Positions 62,539 through 64,000 of a stretch of 64,000 nucleotides of DNA are shown here, piece after piece (position 1 is the first letter of the stretch; each line of letters begins with the position of its first letter). The position numbers were made by a program, and so were the translations under genes. Below the pieces are notes generated by a model. That model saw nothing but the letters and a program-made list of their open reading frames with translations. It was not told where the DNA came from and did not search any database. The DNA is from Schmidtea polychroa (lineage: Eukaryota): positions 26,972,001 to 27,036,000 of the forward strand of contig CM097885.1 of NCBI GenBank assembly GCA_044892525.1, given 5' to 3'.

Positions 62539-64000
62539 CTATTGATCTTCGTCCCATTCGCTGTCGTCAAAACTGGGACTTGGAGCTGCACTGAATTCGT
62601 CATCATATTCGCTTAATTCGTCAACTCCTAAATAATGCCCAAATGCGTAACTTAAGTTTTTTCCTAGCCACGCGCACTTATCATCATTATTACTTAGGGC
62701 AATTTTCGAATTTTTAAAAGTAAAAAGTTGGTGATTTCTAGTACCTATTCTAGTCTGCGGTACAGAAATCACCTGATTTGAATTATAGCAATTTAGATAT
62801 GTTTCATGATTTATTGATGTCCCAGATAATTTAACCCCCTTCGCTTTTACCGTTTCCTTACTACCTAAAAGACTATAACATTTAGGGCGTAAGAAAACCC
62901 ATTCAGAATACCCTAATCCCTTGCTCTCATCTTTAAACTTCCCGATGACCGAGTCAAGGTTCCTACTATACAAGGGGTGGGTTGGATCGTAATTTGACGT
63001 ATCCAATAAATTATCTGAGATCATTTGAGGTAATAGAGTTGTTAATTTTAAATTTTTAATTTCTAAAAAGAAACTGTCGGTATCACCGGCAATAATATTA
63101 ATTATACATTTATATTGGCGTCTGTACTTCTCCAAATCAATATATTGGAGCTGGTACATCCGCAGTTTAGACAGATCTAGTACTGTTTGACCAATGTAGC
63201 TAGGTCTGTCTAAACAAATCACATCTTTTTCCAAATGTGCCGCAATCAGATCGTTATCGATTCTTATGGACTTTCTGAAAGTCGGCTTTGAGGAGTATAC
63301 TATCATCTTTTCGGATGAATTACACAACCTCAAATTCATTCTTTTTTTCAAATTTTCAACCGATTTACCGTAAAGAGAGTTATTATACAATTTAAACAAG
63401 TCCCTATATATCTCGCTAGTAGACTGAGATCGTAAAGTGGTGTTGGTGTCTATGTAGGATTTAAAGATAGGTCCTTGTTTAAACTTTATACACCTATGAA
63501 TATTTACAACAACCGCACCTAATTCTATATACAATTTGAGAAGCCTCCAATGAAGAACATAGTTCCTCTTTGGCCAATGCGTAAGCATAAGCTTCTCAAC
63601 TTTTGAATTAGGTGGGCACAACTTTTCCGGCGCAAGCGGAAAATCATTCAAAAAGTCATGCACACATTCCGGAATATCGATATCGACCTCCATAGTATAC
63701 CCATATGGAAGGTTATCAATATCCGTGTTCATACATTCAAGTAAAACATCATTCAAGTTTTCATGCACCCAAGAAAAATCACCATAAAGAAGATTTTGGC
63801 TAAGAGCCCAACCATACAGATTATTTATATCAATGTACAATAATTCTGTATCATCTGAAGTAGCCGTGTAATGTTTGTTAACAAATGTTAACCCACCCCG
63901 GATACCTCCCTCATAGAAATTATACATTTCCATGTCCTGCAGAAGTTCTATTGGTTCCGTTAATGTCATAAGCGCTGAGGCCCATGACATACCGGGAATC
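62539..64000 (-). CDS. polB: Protein-primed DNA polymerase B, C-terminal part
   Basis: YIDINNLYG, KLYNNSLYGK, AGDTDS; collinear with 17115-18728. Confidence 0.95.
   Translation of the reverse strand, partial: IPGMSWASALMTLTEPIELLQDMEMYNFYEGGIRGGLTFVNKHYTATSDDTELLYIDINNLYGWALSQNLLYGDFSWVHENLNDVLLECMNTDIDNLPYGYTMEVDIDIPECVHDFLNDFPLAPEKLCPPNSKVEKLMLTHWPKRNYVLHWRLLKLYIELGAVVVNIHRCIKFKQGPIFKSYIDTNTTLRSQSTSEIYRDLFKLYNNSLYGKSVENLKKRMNLRLCNSSEKMIVYSSKPTFRKSIRIDNDLIAAHLEKDVICLDRPSYIGQTVLDLSKLRMYQLQYIDLEKYRRQYKCIINIIAGDTDSFFLEIKNLKLTTLLPQMISDNLLDTSNYDPTHPLYSRNLDSVIGKFKDESKGLGYSEWVFLRPKCYSLLGSKETVKAKGVKLSGTSINHETYLNCYNSNQVISVPQTRIGTRNHQLFTFKNSKIALSNNDDKCAWLGKNLSYAFGHYLGVDELSEYDDEFSAAPSPSFDDSEWDEDQ

Overview
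AT-rich animal genomic DNA with 40-55 nt GT-AG introns and long AAT microsatellites. It resembles planarian (Schmidtea-like) DNA, but that assignment is an inference. Host content is small: the first five coding exons of a cytosolic carboxypeptidase (AGBL4/CCP6, minus strand), a divergent orphan ORF and one other probable spliced fragment. The rest is nested mobile DNA. (1) A full-length 15.9-kb Polinton/Maverick (10134-26023, TSD CGAGAA) has the complete core gene set plus an accessory arm with Bcl-2-like, TBP-like and possibly SSB-like genes, and several of its genes appear to contain introns. (2) One end of a second Polinton carries a dense AP-1/nuclear-receptor site array, an IAP-type RING gene and pPolB. 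(3) A young, very compact Ty3/Gypsy element lies at 32312-37372. (4) A family of 2.9-3.6 kb solo-LTR-like elements (TGTTGGG...CCCAACA, 4-bp TSDs) carries promoters, a CxxC/coiled-coil/basic/acidic ORF and a covarying 3' RNA structure; three associated promoters have a first intron whose 3' end is a copy of exon 1. (5) There are also hAT, MULE-like, Tc1/pogo, MITE and Helitron-like remnants. All assignments were made by eye from motifs; no database searches were run.
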